This document shows, in pieces, positions 17,208-30,863 of a DNA stretch of 64,000 bases; position 1 is the first letter of the stretch, and every line of letters starts with the position of its first letter. The notes under the pieces were generated by a model. The model did not search any database. It was not told the DNA's origin and saw only the letters and a program-made list of their open reading frames with translations. Both the position numbers and the translations under genes were made by a program. The stretch is from the NCBI GenBank assembly GCA_031835245.2, contig JAVKOQ020000006.1, forward strand, positions 372,001 to 436,000. The letters run 5' to 3'. This stretch comes from Balamuthia mandrillaris. Lineage: Eukaryota.

Positions 17208-18514
17208 ATGGAGAGTTTGCCGGCAGAGCTGGTGTTCTACACCTTGGACATGCTTCCCAAAGGCATGAAGCCCATCGCTGCCAGAACTTGCAAGCGCTGG
17301 TAATCCTCTTGCCTGCCTCCCGCTCAGAAGAACCAGCTCAGCGTGACGGCCGTGTGCCGCAACCTGAACTTGTTGCGGTGGGCGGTGAAGGAGCAGGGCT
17401 GTCCCTTGGAGCGAAGGACTTTCCGGGCGGCGGCTCAGCAAGGAGACTTGGCGGTGCTGAAGTGGCTGCGAGAGCAAGGTATGCCCTTGGAGGAGGGACT
17501 TTGCGATGAAGCAGCAGCGGGAGGGCGTTTGGAGGCACTGCAGTGGCTTCATGAAGAGGGTTGCCCTTGGGGCGAGCAAACCTGTGCAAACGCAGCGTTG
17601 CATGGCCATTTGGAGGTGTTGAACTGGGCTCATGAGAACGGCTGTTCATGGAACGAATCTACGTGCAGCGAGGCAGCTTTCGGAGGACACTTGGAAGTGC
17701 TCAAATGGGCCAGACAACGTGGCTGCAAGTGGGACAGGTTCACCACCGTCCTTGCGGCACGGAACGGGCATTTGGAGGTGTTGCAATGGGCCAAAGAGAA
17801 TGGATGCCCTTCTTCAGGAGAGATATGTGGGAGGGCAGCAAGGTACGGACATTTAGAAGTGTTGAAATGGGCGGTGGAGAACGGTTACCTGCTTGACGAG
17901 GGTACTTGCCCACGCAGCTTTTGGTGGACAGTTGGAAACTCTCAAGTGGCTTCGTGAAAGAGGCTGCCCTTGGACCAGCACTGTCTGCAAGGGTGCAGTA
18001 AGCAACGGACATTTGGAGGTGTTGAAGTGGGCCAGGGAGAATGGATGCCCTTGGGATCACGATTTGTTCTCGCGCTGCCTTTCATGGGCACTTGGAGGTG
18101 CTGAAATGGGCAAGGGCAAACGGATGTCCGTGGAACGAGAGGGCGTGTTGTGGGGCAGCCCAAAGAGGACACGTGGAAGTGCTGAAATGGGCGGTAGATA
18201 ATGGATGCCCTTGGAATAAACGAGATTGCATGGTTGCGGCTGCAACATATGGACGGTTGGAGGTTCTGCAATGGCTGAGAGCGAATGAACCGTCTTCATG
18301 GGACGCAGAGGCGGTGTGCATTGCTGCTGCAAAAGGAAGTCAGCGTATACCAATGGGCAATGATGCCACAAAGCGGTATGAAGCTGTGTTGCAGTGGGTG
18401 CATGAAGAGGGATGTTTCAGTGGTGGTATAGCTTGGCAAGTGAGGAGAATAGCAGAGGCGAGCAGCTGGGATGGCGTGGTGCAATGGCTCGACGATAACA
18501 AGCTTTGTCAATAG
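17208..18514 (+). pseudogene. Disrupted intronless F-box + ankyrin-repeat gene (amoebal/giant-virus GHLEVLKWARENGCPW type)
   Basis: MESLPAELVFYTLDML..AARTCKRW followed by in-frame TAA (17301-17303). The repeat continues across three frames, with frameshifts near 17910 and 18058. Confidence 0.8.
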
Positions 18515-18623
18515 AATAATAGCATCTATGTCTCAAGGGTTTGGCGAGCGTCAAAGGAGGAAAAATAAAAGCTGTGTTGTTACAAAAAAAAAAGAAAGAA
18601 GTTTTGTTTTCTCTGACTCTCTT

Positions 18624-19190
18624 TTAGTTCTTCTTTCTCATCATCTTGTCCACAAACTCGCTGTAGTTGATCTGCTCACCGCCGCCAGCGTCGCGAATGA
18701 GCTCCTCCACCTCAGCGGGGCTCAGCGGCTGTCCCAGGCTGGTGAGCAGCCTTCGAAGGTCATAGGCCGTCACATAGCCGTTACCCTCCCTGTCCAACAC
18801 ACGAAATGCGTGTTTCACCACGTCGCCTGCTTGTTGAGCAGCCCTGTTTCAATTGTAAGAAAAGAAAAAAACAAAAGAGCAAGAAAACACAAACACAAAC
18901 GAGAAAAGCAGTCAAGAACAAGCAAACAAAACACAAACGAACTACCAAAAAAAAAAACTAGGTGAAGAAATAAAAGCAACAAACCATTTCTCAGCTCTGT
19001 TACGCTCAAAAGCGTCGTAGGTGATGCTTCCACCGGGGCACATGCCAGAGACTTGAGACTCGTTCAAGTCCTCGCCGACAGCACGCATGAGGACGGTGAA
19101 CTCTTTGGTGGTGAGGCTGCCTTTGTTTTCCTTGTCAAAGAAGTTGAACACTTCTCTGAGCTCTTGTTTCTGCTCCGGCGACAATTGATC
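18624..19190 (-). CDS. Calmodulin-like / myosin light chain-like EF-hand protein; spliced, start exon unresolved
   Basis: DQLSPEQKQELREVFNFFDKENKGSLTTKE, AFRVLDREGNGYVTAYDLRRLLTSLGQPLSPAEVEELIR, QINYSEFV. EF hands 2 and 4 are degenerate. Confidence 0.85.
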
Positions 19191-19665
19191 CTATTTTGTT
19201 TCAAGCAAAAAAAAAAAACAAAGCCAACGAAAAAAAAACTTCATGGGTGAGAAAGAAAGCAAACATTATTATTTTTTTTTTTTGCGAAAGGGAAACGCGA
19301 CTACCATTCGTGAGGGATGGGCGAAGATGACGGATTAAAAATCTGTTGCTTGTACTATTTTTTTTTTCTTTGCTTTCTTTTTTTTCTTTCTTGTATTTTG
19401 GATTACTTGTCGACATTCAATATTATTAACTGCCGACAGTGACGTCATATGTCGACGAAAACAAAATGAAATTTTTCCAGGAAAGAAAGATTATTTATTA
19501 ACCGATATTTTACTATATTGAGTTGCGTAAACTTTATCGCTTATCTGGAGACTAAGAGGCTGGCTGCACACGAAACCACGAAACCGCAAGGACTTCAACC
19601 ACTCATTGGTATAAATACAGAGTTGACATCATCGCTGCTGCAGGTCTCCTCACTCCACCATAACT

Positions 19666-20510
19666 ATGATGTCCTCCTCTGCCGAATGGACTCAGCAAAG
19701 TAAGGACGCCAACGTATTGGCGTGCTTCCACGCCTTCCAGCAGGGGCAAATAGATGAGAAGGAGTTGGTAGACTCGTTGCGTGTTCTCAGTCTTTGTTCG
19801 TTCTTTCTCTGCTCTCTGCCCTCTTCTCTAGCTCTCTCTTTACGGGTCTGTTGCTCTTTTAACAAAATAACCATAAAACAGCCTCGACACAAGAGCCCAA
19901 CTACGAGAGCCAACCAATCCCTTTTTCCTCCTCCAGGCATCAGTTTATGACGAGCGTGAAGGAAAAGGAATACAGTTCTTCTACAAGCTACGGCTCCTCT
20001 GAAAGCAGTTCTTCCCAACTCATGTCTTTTTCCAGGTCTGCTCCTCTCTCCCTCTGTTTCTCCCTTGCTCTCTGTTCCCCTCGTTCTCTCTAAGATGACT
20101 AGAGAGAGTGGTGGCCACAGGATGAGAATATTATAAAGAGGGCCTACAGGTGTCACTGCGAAAGTTTGGAAGAGGAAGACGCAGTGGATGAACTGGCTGA
20201 ACAGATGGGTCTTCGCGGCGCAGCCTATCTCACTGATTGGGACACCGGGGTCACCAGACTCAGTGATTCAGTAGGGATCGCTGTTTGGATGTTCCTTAGC
20301 CATGTTTACCCGAACGGCATCCAGGGCATATGGGAGCCACTGGGCGAAGAGGAAGAGGACGAGGAGGAAGACGCAGACTTTGTGGTAGGCGAGGAACTTC
20401 TCAGTGAGGATGATGAAGTTGATGAAGAGGAAGACGCAGATTTAGTGGTAGGCGAGGAACTTCTCAGTGGGGATGATGAAGCTGATGAAGAGGTTGTTGA
20501 ATTGGGTTAA
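19666..20510 (+). CDS. Hypothetical protein with acidic C-terminus; probably 3 exons
   Basis: ORF segments 19666-19780, ~19882-20035 and ~20105-20510 can be joined in frame through two CT-rich GT-AG introns. Confidence 0.45.
20364..20490 (+). repeat. Two-copy 63-bp coding tandem duplication (EEDAD[F/L]VVGEELLS[E/G]DDE[V/A]DE)
   Basis: Units start at 20364 and 20427 and differ at only a few positions. Confidence 0.9.
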
Positions 20511-20603
20511 GAGCATATTAGTGGTGAGAATTAGAGCCTGGGGTGTGACTGAAGTAAAAATAGTATCCACGATTTTGCGTGTTAAGCAATTAATTACAAT
20601 AAT

Positions 20604-20643
<40 letters not shown>

Positions 20644-20649
20644 AGACAG

Positions 20650-21435
20650 CATAATCATTTGCCAAACGAGGAGTTCAGCCGAGTCAATGTTGTTGACAAA
20701 GCAGAGCTCTAAACTAAAATGGTAACTTAGTATGAGAACGAACGAGAATGACAACTGGAGAGAGAGAGACATTACATACCTCTTCAAAGTCAATGAATCC
20801 TTTACCACTCCGATCCGCTCGGCTGAACTCTGAATTCAGAAGGTCATCCGAAATATCGTCCCCTGTTTTGAAAACAAAAACATAGCAAAATAAGTCGTTG
20901 AAACATAAAAGAAGAACAACAAATGAAAGCAAGGGAACGAAACGGTTTGGAATGGAGATTAAACAAGAGAAAAAAAGAACACATAACAAACCCCATATCT
21001 GGAACGCCTTCTTTAAGTCCTCCTTGTTCAATTTGCCATTGCCTCCCGCATCTAACGCATTGAAAAGCGCCCGCAGGCCCTCCTCCGTGAAGAGCTCCTC
21101 TTCTAACCCTCCAACCTCCAGAGGGAGATCTCCTTCTCCGTCGTTGAGTCCTAGATCACAGTTGCCACTGCTGCTGCGCCGACTGCGGTTTTCACCTGTT
21201 CCACTCCTGCTTCTTGCTCCTTCACTTCCGCTTTCTCCTCCGGAATCTCGTGTGACTGAAAGCAGGAAGGCGCGAAACTGTTCGAGTGTAATTTGCCCGG
21301 TGTTGTGTTTGTCGATAAGTTTGAACGTAAAAGTGGCTTCCCCTTTGGTCATATCAACTGAGTAAACAGTGAAAAAAAAAGCGGCCGTTAGGTTGAAGAA
21401 GAACAAGAAGCAGTAGCAGAAGAGAAGGAGAAGAA

Positions 21436-21472
<37 letters not shown>

Positions 21473-21856
21473 TTTGACGAGAAGAACAAGACAAGAAAGA
21501 AGAGAAGAAGAAGAAGAAGAAGGAGAAGAAGAAGAAGAAGAAGAAGAAGAAGAAGAAGAAGAAGAAGAAGAAGAAGAAGAAGAAGAAGAAGAAGAACAAG
21601 AAGAACAACAAGAACAAGAAGAAGAACAAGAACAACAAGAACAGTGCACAAGAACAAAAGCAGAACAACAGGAATAACAAGTGAAGGAAGATGGAGAACA
21701 GGAAGAAAAAAGCCAACATTTGATAGAGGCGTTCGTGAATTCGTCCAAGTTGAGAACACCGTCTCGGTTGAGGTCAATCTGGTCAAAAAGGATCAAAATG
21801 TCTTCATCCGTCATTCCTTGTTCTTCCCCTCCTCCGTCGTCTTGTGCTGGAGCCAT
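20650..21856 (-). CDS. Four-EF-hand calcium-binding protein; multi-exon, 3' end approximate
   Basis: Loops DLNRDGVLNLDE, DKHNTGQITLEQ, DAGGNGKLNKED, DRSGKGFIDFEE. Confidence 0.8.
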
Positions 21857-22316
21857 GTCTTGCATTATTTTTTGTTGTTGTTCTTGTGTTCTCGTTCCAA
21901 AACGAAAAAATATAGTATAAACCTCGAGAGGCCAACGAACGCCAACAAAGCGTCAATCTCACAGCGAGCTTGGATGAAAGAGACGCCTCCTTCCTCCCGG
22001 CACCATCAGCAGCTCGACACACACCAACTCGCTACCTTTTTTCTTTTTTTGTTGTTGCTATGGGCCATATTCTGTCGACTTCATAAAGACAAACATTACC
22101 TTTTATATCCGAATTGTCTTTTTATGGACAAAATATGAATTCGAATTTTGATTTTCGATTCGTCGTTTGAATATTTCGTATCCTCGAAAAGTTATTTGTA
22201 GACAACGATAAGTGAAAATAAATGTAATATTTCTTGGCCAATTTATTTAAAAAGATTGCAATAAAAAAACCAATGAGACTAGGTACTGGTAGGAGCTGTT
22301 TGGTAAAGTTAGTTAC

Positions 22317-25300
22317 TCAGGTCCACCGGTGCAACAGTTCCTGTTGGAGCCGCTTCTTCTCTTGCACGTACTCAAGCATCTCCAACAGAGTGCCCTTGAA
22401 CTGCATCAGCTCTGTTTTCGCTTTCATCGGAAATGCGATCGCGCCTGCTTTTCCATCCCCTTCTTTCTTCTGCTTCTGCTCTTCTTCTTCCGCTTCATTG
22501 CTTTGCACGAGTCTTTTCTTCAAGAACTCGATAACTTCCTTCTTGTCTCGTAACTGCTCTTCCTTTTCCTCCAGGTCCTCAGCCAACCTCTTGACTTGCG
22601 CTGAGAGCGTCCTGTTACTCACTCTCAAGCTCTCTGTCGTCTTCTTGTCTTCTGCAATGTTGTTGTTCAACGTTTGAATGTATCCTTTGAGCGCTTCCAA
22701 GTCTTTCACGCTGCGCTGCTGCCACTCTGCCATTTGTTTTTGCATCTGCTCTCGAAGCTTTCGTTCTATTGCCACGGCATCCTCTTTCGATTGTTGTGGA
22801 ACATCGCCGCCATCTTTGGGCATCGACTTTTCTGCGTCGTTGTATTCTGTTGCTTCGCCTTCTTCTTCCTCTTCTTTATTTTCTTTATCTTCATCTCCTT
22901 CTCTTTCTGCTTCTTTTGTCTTTGAAACATTTGGCTTTTTCGACTCGTCATGCAATGCTTTTATAGCATTGCTTTCAAGTTGTTTCTGCAACTCCTCCAC
23001 CTTCTCTTCCTTCTCCGCTAATTCCTTTCTCACTCGCTCGTGCTTCTCGCGCGTCCGTTCTCTCATCTCCTCCAACCGCTCTATCTCCTCCTCTAAATGC
23101 TCTACCATCGCTTCTTTCTCCTCTAACGCTTGCAACGAGGCAGCCAGTTCCTGCTCTTTGAGACCTAAAGTCTCGATGGCAGCTGCTGCCATGTTTTTTA
23201 GCTCTCCGTTCATTCGTTCCTTTGTAGTCAATTGTTCGTTGAGTTCTCGTATTTTTTGTAGTCTTTCTTCTTCTTTGTGTTTGAGCTCTTCTACCATTTG
23301 CTCCTTTTCAGCGAGTTGCTGGTTGAGTTCTTGAAGCGTTTGTTCCATTTCTGCTTCTTTTGCCTCTTCTAATGCTTCTTTGGATGATCGCAGCATCTGC
23401 TGCGATTCCCATTCTTTTTGTTTTTCTCGGAACTCTATTTCGAGATGTTCCTGTTCTCTCTTTGCGGCAACTTCGTTTGCTTTACTTTTTTCTATTTCTT
23501 GTTGTGCTTCTCTATTTTCTTTCATCACCGTTTCTAGTTGTTTCTCAACTTGAGTCAATTTGTTCTCCATCTCTGCAATCATTTTTGCGTTTCGTTCTTT
23601 CTCTTCTTGTAATTCGTCCATCGTACTTTCCAACGTTTCTTTTTGTTCTCTCTCTTCCTGCAAAAATTCTTCCGCTGACAGTTTCTCATGTAGCAAATCT
23701 TCCAGTTTGGTCGTCCATTCAAGCTCTTTCTGCATGAACTCTTCATTCTGCTTATGCAATTGTTGCTCCAATGCTTGTCTCTCTTCGCCGGCATTTTGTA
23801 CTATCTCCTTCACTTTTGCGCACCATTTCTCTTCCATTTGTGCCAACAGTGCTTCATTGGCTTCTTTCTGTTGTTGCATCGCTTCGTTCCATTGAGTCTC
23901 TTTGTTTTTCATGGCTTCTTCCCATTCTTTCTCTTTGTGAGCAAGTGATTCGTTTGTGCGTTCTGTCCACTCTGCTTCTCTGTGGTGCAATTCTGCTTCA
24001 AAAGCGCTTCTCAGCGAATGTTCCGTTTGTTCCATAGTTCGCTTTAGTTCTTCTTCCCTTTTGGCAACTTGCTGGGCTTTCGTTTCCTCTTCTTGCTCTC
24101 TCCATTCCGCTTCCTTACGTGCTAAAACCTCTTCCATGGATTTGCTCCATTCTTCTTCCTTCTCTCTCATCATCTCCTTTCCTATGTCCAAGAACTCAGC
24201 TTCTTTCTTTTCCTCCTGGTCTCTCCATTCCTCTTCTTTACGTTTCAACAACTCTTCTGTTGATTGCTTCCATTCTTCTTTCTCTCTCAACATTGCCTCT
24301 TCTCGTTCTTTGAACTCTCTTTCCTTTTGTTGTTCTCGTTGTTGCCATTCTGCTTCTTTACTCTTCAGCAGCTCTTCAGTAGCATTTCTCCATTCTTGCT
24401 CTTTCTGTTTGAACATTTCCTCCTCTAGCGCTTTGAATTGCGTTTGTTTTTCTTCTTCCTGTTCTCTCCAATCCTCTTCTTTGCGTTTCAACAGTTCGTC
24501 CGTTGCTTTCTTCCACTCTTCTTCTTTCTCATGCAACTTGTGCAGTTGTTCTTGTTGCTTTTGCTGCATTTCTTCCAGCGCGTTCATCAACTCTGCCTCT
24601 CGTTCTCTCCAAGTGGCTTCCTTTTGTTGCAGCTCTGCCATCAAAGCTTCGATCCTTCTCTCCAACAAGTTTGTTTCCTCTGTCTTCTCTTCCAACTGTT
24701 GAAAGATCTGTCGATTCCGTTCCGTTCCGATTCGAAGCTCCTCTCTCATTCTTTTCAGTTCAAGTTTCGCCGTTCTTAAATCTTCCGACGTGCGAACTAC
24801 TTCTCGACCGACGTCTCCCAACATCTCCTTCATCTGCTCTGGAAAGAGCTTCATGATCTTTTCCTGAAAGCCAAAGGAGAAGTCCTTGCCTTCCAGCAGA
24901 AGTACTTGTCCCAAATTTTCCTTCAGCTTTCGTTCCTTCTCTTCCGATATCATCTTGCTCTTAGCTTCATTCGTTTGGGGTGCTATCTGATCTTCCCACT
25001 TGGCTTTTTTATCCATCATGGCTTCATATCTTTCCTTTTCCTTTTCCATTAGGTATGATTCTTCTTCATAGGAACCCCGAGAAGAAGCGAGTCTCTCCGA
25101 CAACCCTTGCAAACGTTCCAATCGTTCCTTCATGCCTGCCACACTCTCCGCCGTTCGAGTGAGCTCTTCCACTTTCTCCCTCTCTCTCCTCAACTCCTCT
25201 TCTGTCGTCAACATTTTCGCCCTCCACTCCTCATGCGCTCTCTCATGTCTCTTCCTTCTTTCAATCTCCTCCTCTTCCATTATCCTTAACTGCAGTCTCA

Positions 25301-26161
25301 GCTTCTCTCCCTCCCTCTTCTCTTTGTCCACCTGTTGAAGAGCTTCCTCGAGTTCTTCTCGGAGTCTTTTCATTTGTGCTTCTTCCACTTCTACGTCGTT
25401 CCATTTTTGATCACGTTCTCTCTTCAATTCTTCCATAAGCTCCTCGATGCGCTGCTGTAGAGCGGCCATTTCAGCGGTGCAGCGACGAAGCTCTTCCTCA
25501 CTGGCGTGCAGCTTCTCCTCCATCTCTTCAAGCTCTTTGGCGTCCTCGTACTGCCAATGCTTCATTTCCTCCTCCACCATTTGCATGGTCTTCTTGTGTT
25601 CGTTCTTCAGTTGGATGATCTCGTTTTTGAGACTTTGCTTTACCATGGTTAGCTTCTGTCGTTCCGCCTATATTACACCAAACCATTTTTTTTCGTTAAA
25701 TAAGAAGAGAGAAGGAGCGAGAGAAGAGAGGGAAGAGAGGAAGAGAAGAAAAAAAAAAGGGAGGAATAAAAGACCTCATAACGGCTGTGCATTTCTTGCA
25801 TTTCTCTTCGAAGTTTGGCCTCAACGGCAGCCACCTCACCATGAGACGGCAGGTCCTGCAGCTGCCTATGAATATTCTCCAGCCCTTGCCTCAGAGGCGA
25901 GGACGGATCGAACTGTCCGCCAGGAAATCGACGAAGGCGACGGAGGCCGCCTGGAGCTCCCTCCCCGCCCAAGATGTCCTCCTCCTCGTCCTCCTCCTCG
26001 CCCCTTTGTTGATCCCCGGGCAGATCGGCGTCCCAGTCTTTGAAAAAGTCATCGTCGTCATCGTCTTCCCCGTCGCCGTCGACGTCTGCTCGTTCTTTTT
26101 CGCCCTTCCTTTGGTGGTGGTGGGTTTCTCCAAACGTCAGCTGGTCTTCTTCTTCTTCCAT
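22317..26161 (-). CDS. Large E/K/Q-rich coiled-coil protein (~1250 aa); 2 exons
   Basis: 1109-aa heptad-rich ORF plus upstream exon ~25778-26161 separated by a CT-rich intron. Confidence 0.8.
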
Positions 26162-26438
26162 TTGGCCTTTTCTTTTTTGATATTTTATCTTCGTTTAATT
26201 TTATGCAGACAATCTCCGGTTCGACGCCCACTGTCCACCAATCTTATTTTCCCATTTTTATAATTTGTCGACATAAAAAGCTTGAATGTCGACAAATGAT
26301 AATTCAAATTGTTATCGAAAAAAATGGAAAATATGGAAAAATATTTTGTTTTTGCCAATTTATTACAGATCTAAAGACGATTCAATGCCTCCTTCTTCTT
26401 CTTCTCTACTCTTACATTGTGATTCAATGCCCATTCTC

Positions 26439-26486
<48 letters not shown>

Positions 26487-26500
26487 AACATTGTTGATTG

Positions 26501-26726
26501 TTACGTTTGCAACCTGACCTTCTTGATGAAGACAGCACCAAATAGGAGTAACACAGAGACAGCGACTAACGTCACTTTGTAACCGATGTGCTCCGACCAA
26601 GCGCCCCATTGGCCGCTCTGTTTTTCTAACAAGTCCAAAGTCACGCCTGCTATAGGCGGAGCGACCACCTTTTTGTTATTCTTGTCAGCAAACAATACTG
26701 ACATAGCAAAATGATGCGACCAAGAG

Positions 26727-26777
<51 letters not shown>

Positions 26778-28835
26778 AGAGAGGAGAAACAAAAACAAAA
26801 TGAACGAACCGAAGGCAAACTAAAGGCCAAGTGCCAAACGCCCAAGTCCTTAGCATGGCTGCCGACAGACGGCAATACATCGCTCACCAAGGCAAAGTCC
26901 ACCGAGGCATAGCAGCCATAGCCAATCCCAAATGTGAAGCCGGCCAACAAGAAGACCGTGAAGTCGATTGTGAAGATGATGAGCAGGGGCGTAGCCGCCA
27001 TCAACACGCCGGAGAGGTAGACAAGAGGCTTCCGGCCAAAGCGGTCAGAGAGGACGCCAGCGGCCAGGGCGGAGAGGATGGCGCCAATGGTCACCACGGC
27101 CACGAAGCAGGAGGCCACTTGGGAGGAGTCAGAGAGAGTAAGGGAGAGAAGGGAGTAGGGAGGGTGCATCACGTCCTCCACAAAGTAAAAGATGTACTGT
27201 TGTGTGAACGCCAGAAAGAGAGAGAGGTTAAGATAACTAACGGAGGAGAAGAGGAAGCAGAGATAGAGGCGAAAGAAACGAAGAAGAAAAGAGAAGAGAA
27301 AAGAGGCAAAAAAATAGGACAGCAAAACAAAAGAAGAGGAAAAGGTACAGCAGTGATAACAGCGTAACCAGCAGTGAAGAGAAATCGCGTCCAAAAGACC
27401 CAAAAGAAGTTGTGGTCCTGAAAAGGAGTATAGAGACTCCGTAGGAACGGCCAATTCAAACGAAACGGTTCGTCGTCAGCTCCAACAACACCGTATCTTT
27501 GCTGCTCTGAAGGAAGAGCAAATGCATTTCCAAAGTGCTCCTCCTCCTCCTCTATCTCCGTTTTAGCTATAATAGGACGTTTTTCTGTCTTATGTTGTGA
27601 TTCTTCCACCTCCTCATCCTCTTCTTCCTCTTCTTTTTTTCCTGTTTCAGATTCTTCGTCTTTAGCCTCTTCTGAAACAAGTTTGCTAGCGGCAGTAGTC
27701 AACGGCTCACCTGGAAGCTCTTTCACAAAGGCCACCGTCACTACTGCACAAACCACTTGCAGGATTGTTAGCAGGAGATATACTCCATAAAGATGCATAT
27801 ATCGTAAAAGAAAACCTATCACTCCTGTTGATGTTTTTAAAAGAAATTATTACTAATGTAGACAGGAGAAGAAAACGAGAACTAAAACAAGAACCAGAAC
27901 AAGAGGTACAAGAGAAGAAGAAGAACAAGAAGAAGAAGAAGAAGAAGAAGAACAAGAAGAAGAACAAGAAGAACAAGAAGAACAAAAACAAGAAGAAGAA
28001 GCAGAAGAAGAACAACAAGAACAAGAAGAAGAACAAGAAGAAGAACAACAAGAAGAACAAAAACAAGAAGCAGAAGCAGAAGAAGAACAACAAGAACAAG
28101 AACAAGAATGACGAGGATGATGACAAGAACAGGAGAATAAGAACGAGATGAAGAGAAAAAGGAAACAAGATCAGAAGCAAACTCAAGACACAAGCACGGC
28201 GACAGCAAACAATGCATACCTCCACCAAAGAGTTGACCAAAGGTTTGAGAGAAGGCCACCCAGCCGGATGCCGCCCCATACTGGCCGTTGGCCACCACAT
28301 CCGGCACCATCGCCGCGTAGGCAGGACTGACCAACGAGTCCGCCGCGTTCACCAGGGTGTTCATCAGGATGAAGAGAGGCATCCAGAGCAGGTCCCCCTC
28401 CGCTCCAAACGTGGTCACTCCCATCACCAAAAGGAAGAGGCTCCAGACAGCGGCCCCCACCGCCACGAAGGGGCGCCTTCGGCCGAACGGCAGCAGGAAG
28501 CGATAACGACCCGTTCTTTCTTTCTTTGTTGCGTCGCTTTGTTTGTTTTTCATCAAAAAATAAATAAAAAGAAAGAGAGAAAGTAAAAAGAGAGGTCACC
28601 TCCAGGCACCAAACACGGGGTAAGCCAGGACAGAGACCAAGGAGGCGAGGAGGTTGACGACGCCGACCCAGGTGCCTTTGTGCTCCCGCCCTGCCATGTG
28701 CAGGATCTGCATGGGGATGAGGAAGATGACGCTGGCCGCGAAGAAGCTGAAGCGAGCAAAGCCGTACATGCTCAAACAGGCCAGCCGCCACTGCGGCAGC
28801 CGTTGTTGTTGCTGCTGCTGCTGCTGTCCCTCCAT
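26501..28835 (-). CDS. Major facilitator superfamily transporter (SLC45/sugar-permease-like); multi-exon
   Basis: MFS motifs PFGRRRPF and GVLSDRFGRKPLV, YAAMVPDV, multiple TM segments and a central hydrophilic loop. Confidence 0.85.
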
Positions 28836-29080
28836 TGCCTCACCCTTCCTTTCTTCTTTCTGTTCTCTTTTCGCTGATATCCCAGCTGTTAGAAACGATT
28901 GAAATGGATGCCTCTCGAACGGATACATGCAAATTGGACAAATTTGTTTGTCACGTTTTCCCCATTGGTTTATACGATGGATGAAACATTCCTGACATTC
29001 CTCGGTTGATCATCCAATAGAAAATCATATCGGAAACGAATCGATCGTTATACGTGTATTGCATTACAGGATTCATAACG

Positions 29081-30836
29081 ATGATGCAAGGCGCCACCGT
29101 GCAACCCCCACGTAAAGAACGAAGAATCAAGCCTCACGCTGCGGGAAAGAAGAAGGAGGTGAGTGAGTCGAAAACAGAAAAAAACAAAACCCGTAGAACG
29201 AACAAAGCTCTTGGGGTGTTGACTGATATTTATTATGTGGCAGCAGAACAATACAGCGAGTGAGGGGCTCAAGAGAGCACGCATGGAGGCTTCACTTTGG
29301 GCAATGTTCTGTGCTGACGCTCTTTCCATGCCTGTGCATTGGTACTATGACACCAAGGTATCACGTTTCCTTTCTTTTCGTTTCTCTTTTCTGTGCTGCA
29401 AAACAAATATAAACAGCTAAAACAACGAAACAAAACAACAGGCACTTCAGAGAGACTATGGTTGGATAACGGACTATCAAGCCCCAAAGCCCACACACCC
29501 GACCAGCATCATGCACCTCAGCAACACCTCTTCCGCGGGACGACTTCCTGGAGGAAGAGAAGGCAGGACATCATCACCCTCTTCCAATAGCAAGAACAAG
29601 AACCAGACCAACAACAAGAACGATGAGGATGATGACAAAGAAGTCATTGGAAGAGTCATTTTGCACGACAAAAAGAGGTATTGGACGTGTGGACAGAAAA
29701 ACATCCACTACCATCACGGTATGAGGCCCGGAGAGAACACGCTCAACCTGTTAGTGCTGCGAGTATTGTTGCGCTCGGTTGTGGAACGGGGCTCCTATGA
29801 TGCGGATGCCTTCTTGCAACGGTACGTGGAGTTCATGACCACACCTGGTTCTCACAACGATACTTTTGCAGAAGGCTTTCATCGTGATGCACGTTTTTCT
29901 TCCTTTCCGATTTTTTTCTTAGTTTTTTCTTACTTTTTTTTTGGGGACAAAACAGTTTTTTGCCAACTACGATAAAGGCGTTCCTCTTCAGCAATGTGCT
30001 GGCAAAGAAGGCCACGACACAGCCAGCATTGGAGGGTATTTTCTTTCTCTTTCTGTCTCTTTCTTTTTTTTCTTATCTTTTCCTTCTTCTTTAGGTTAGT
30101 GATGATCCCGGCGATGGTGATGCTCTATCATGGCGATGGTGTGGAGGTGGCCACCGACAAAGCGCTGCAACACTTGCGCCTCACTCACCGCTCCCAAAAA
30201 CTCGAAGGACACGTTCGCATCTTTGTCAAACTCTTCTATCAGCTGTTAACTCTTTCTCCTTCCGCGTCATCGTCTTCTTCTTTGCAAGCGATCATGGAAG
30301 AAGCTATTCTCGCTTTAAACAACCTCAAGCATTCCTCTTCATCTCTTCTTCATAGTCTTCGTCGTCGTCAATCAAAAGAAGGACGGAAGAAGGACGCCAA
30401 AGAAGAAGAAGAAGAAGAAGAAGAAATGGAAGATGACGACGTGGAGATGGTAGCAAAATTGGGGATGGCTTGTTACATCGAGTCAAGTTTGTCAGTGGTG
30501 TTGCATTTGGCCTACAAGTATGCTTTGTTTGGAGTAAGCAGAGGAGAAGGAGAAGGGGCACGAGGATTGGCAGGAGCTTTGATTGCCAACACGAATGCTG
30601 GTGGAGAGAATTGTCATCGCGGAGCTGTTTTGGGAGCTGTCATGGGAGCTGCCCTTGCTCATTTTCCTTCTTCTATTTTGGAGGAGGAAGCCACACAAAA
30701 AGAAAAGAGGAAGGAAAAGAGGGCGAAAGAGATCATACCAAAGAGATGGTTGGATGGACTTGTGGCAACAGAAGAGTTAGCAAAAGAGATTCGATCATTT
30801 GTGGATGTAGCCTTGGGCAGTTTTTCTTCTCTTTAA
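29081..30836 (+). CDS. ADP-ribosylglycohydrolase (ARH/DraG/crystallin J1 family); multi-exon
   Basis: ASLWAMFCADALSMPVHWYYD, HYHHGMRPGENTLN, PGSHNDTFAE, ANTNAGGENCHRGAVLGAVMGA, IPKRWLDGL. Confidence 0.85.
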
Positions 30837-30863
30837 AGGTATTATCACCGAGAGTCTTCATTT

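Noticed and set aside
17301..17303. Stop-codon reassignment or a tiny intron explaining the in-frame TAA
   Set aside because: Other genes terminate normally at TAA; the nearby GT..AG options create TGA or shift the frame; two further frameshifts point to decay.
17400..18280. Regularly spaced repeats resembling a CRISPR array
   Set aside because: They are ~75-bp coding ankyrin-type units with codon-position variation; eukaryotic context and no cas genes.
22678..24702. Ser/Cys/Phe-rich plus-strand ORFs
   Set aside because: Antisense shadows of the E/K/Q-rich coiled-coil gene.
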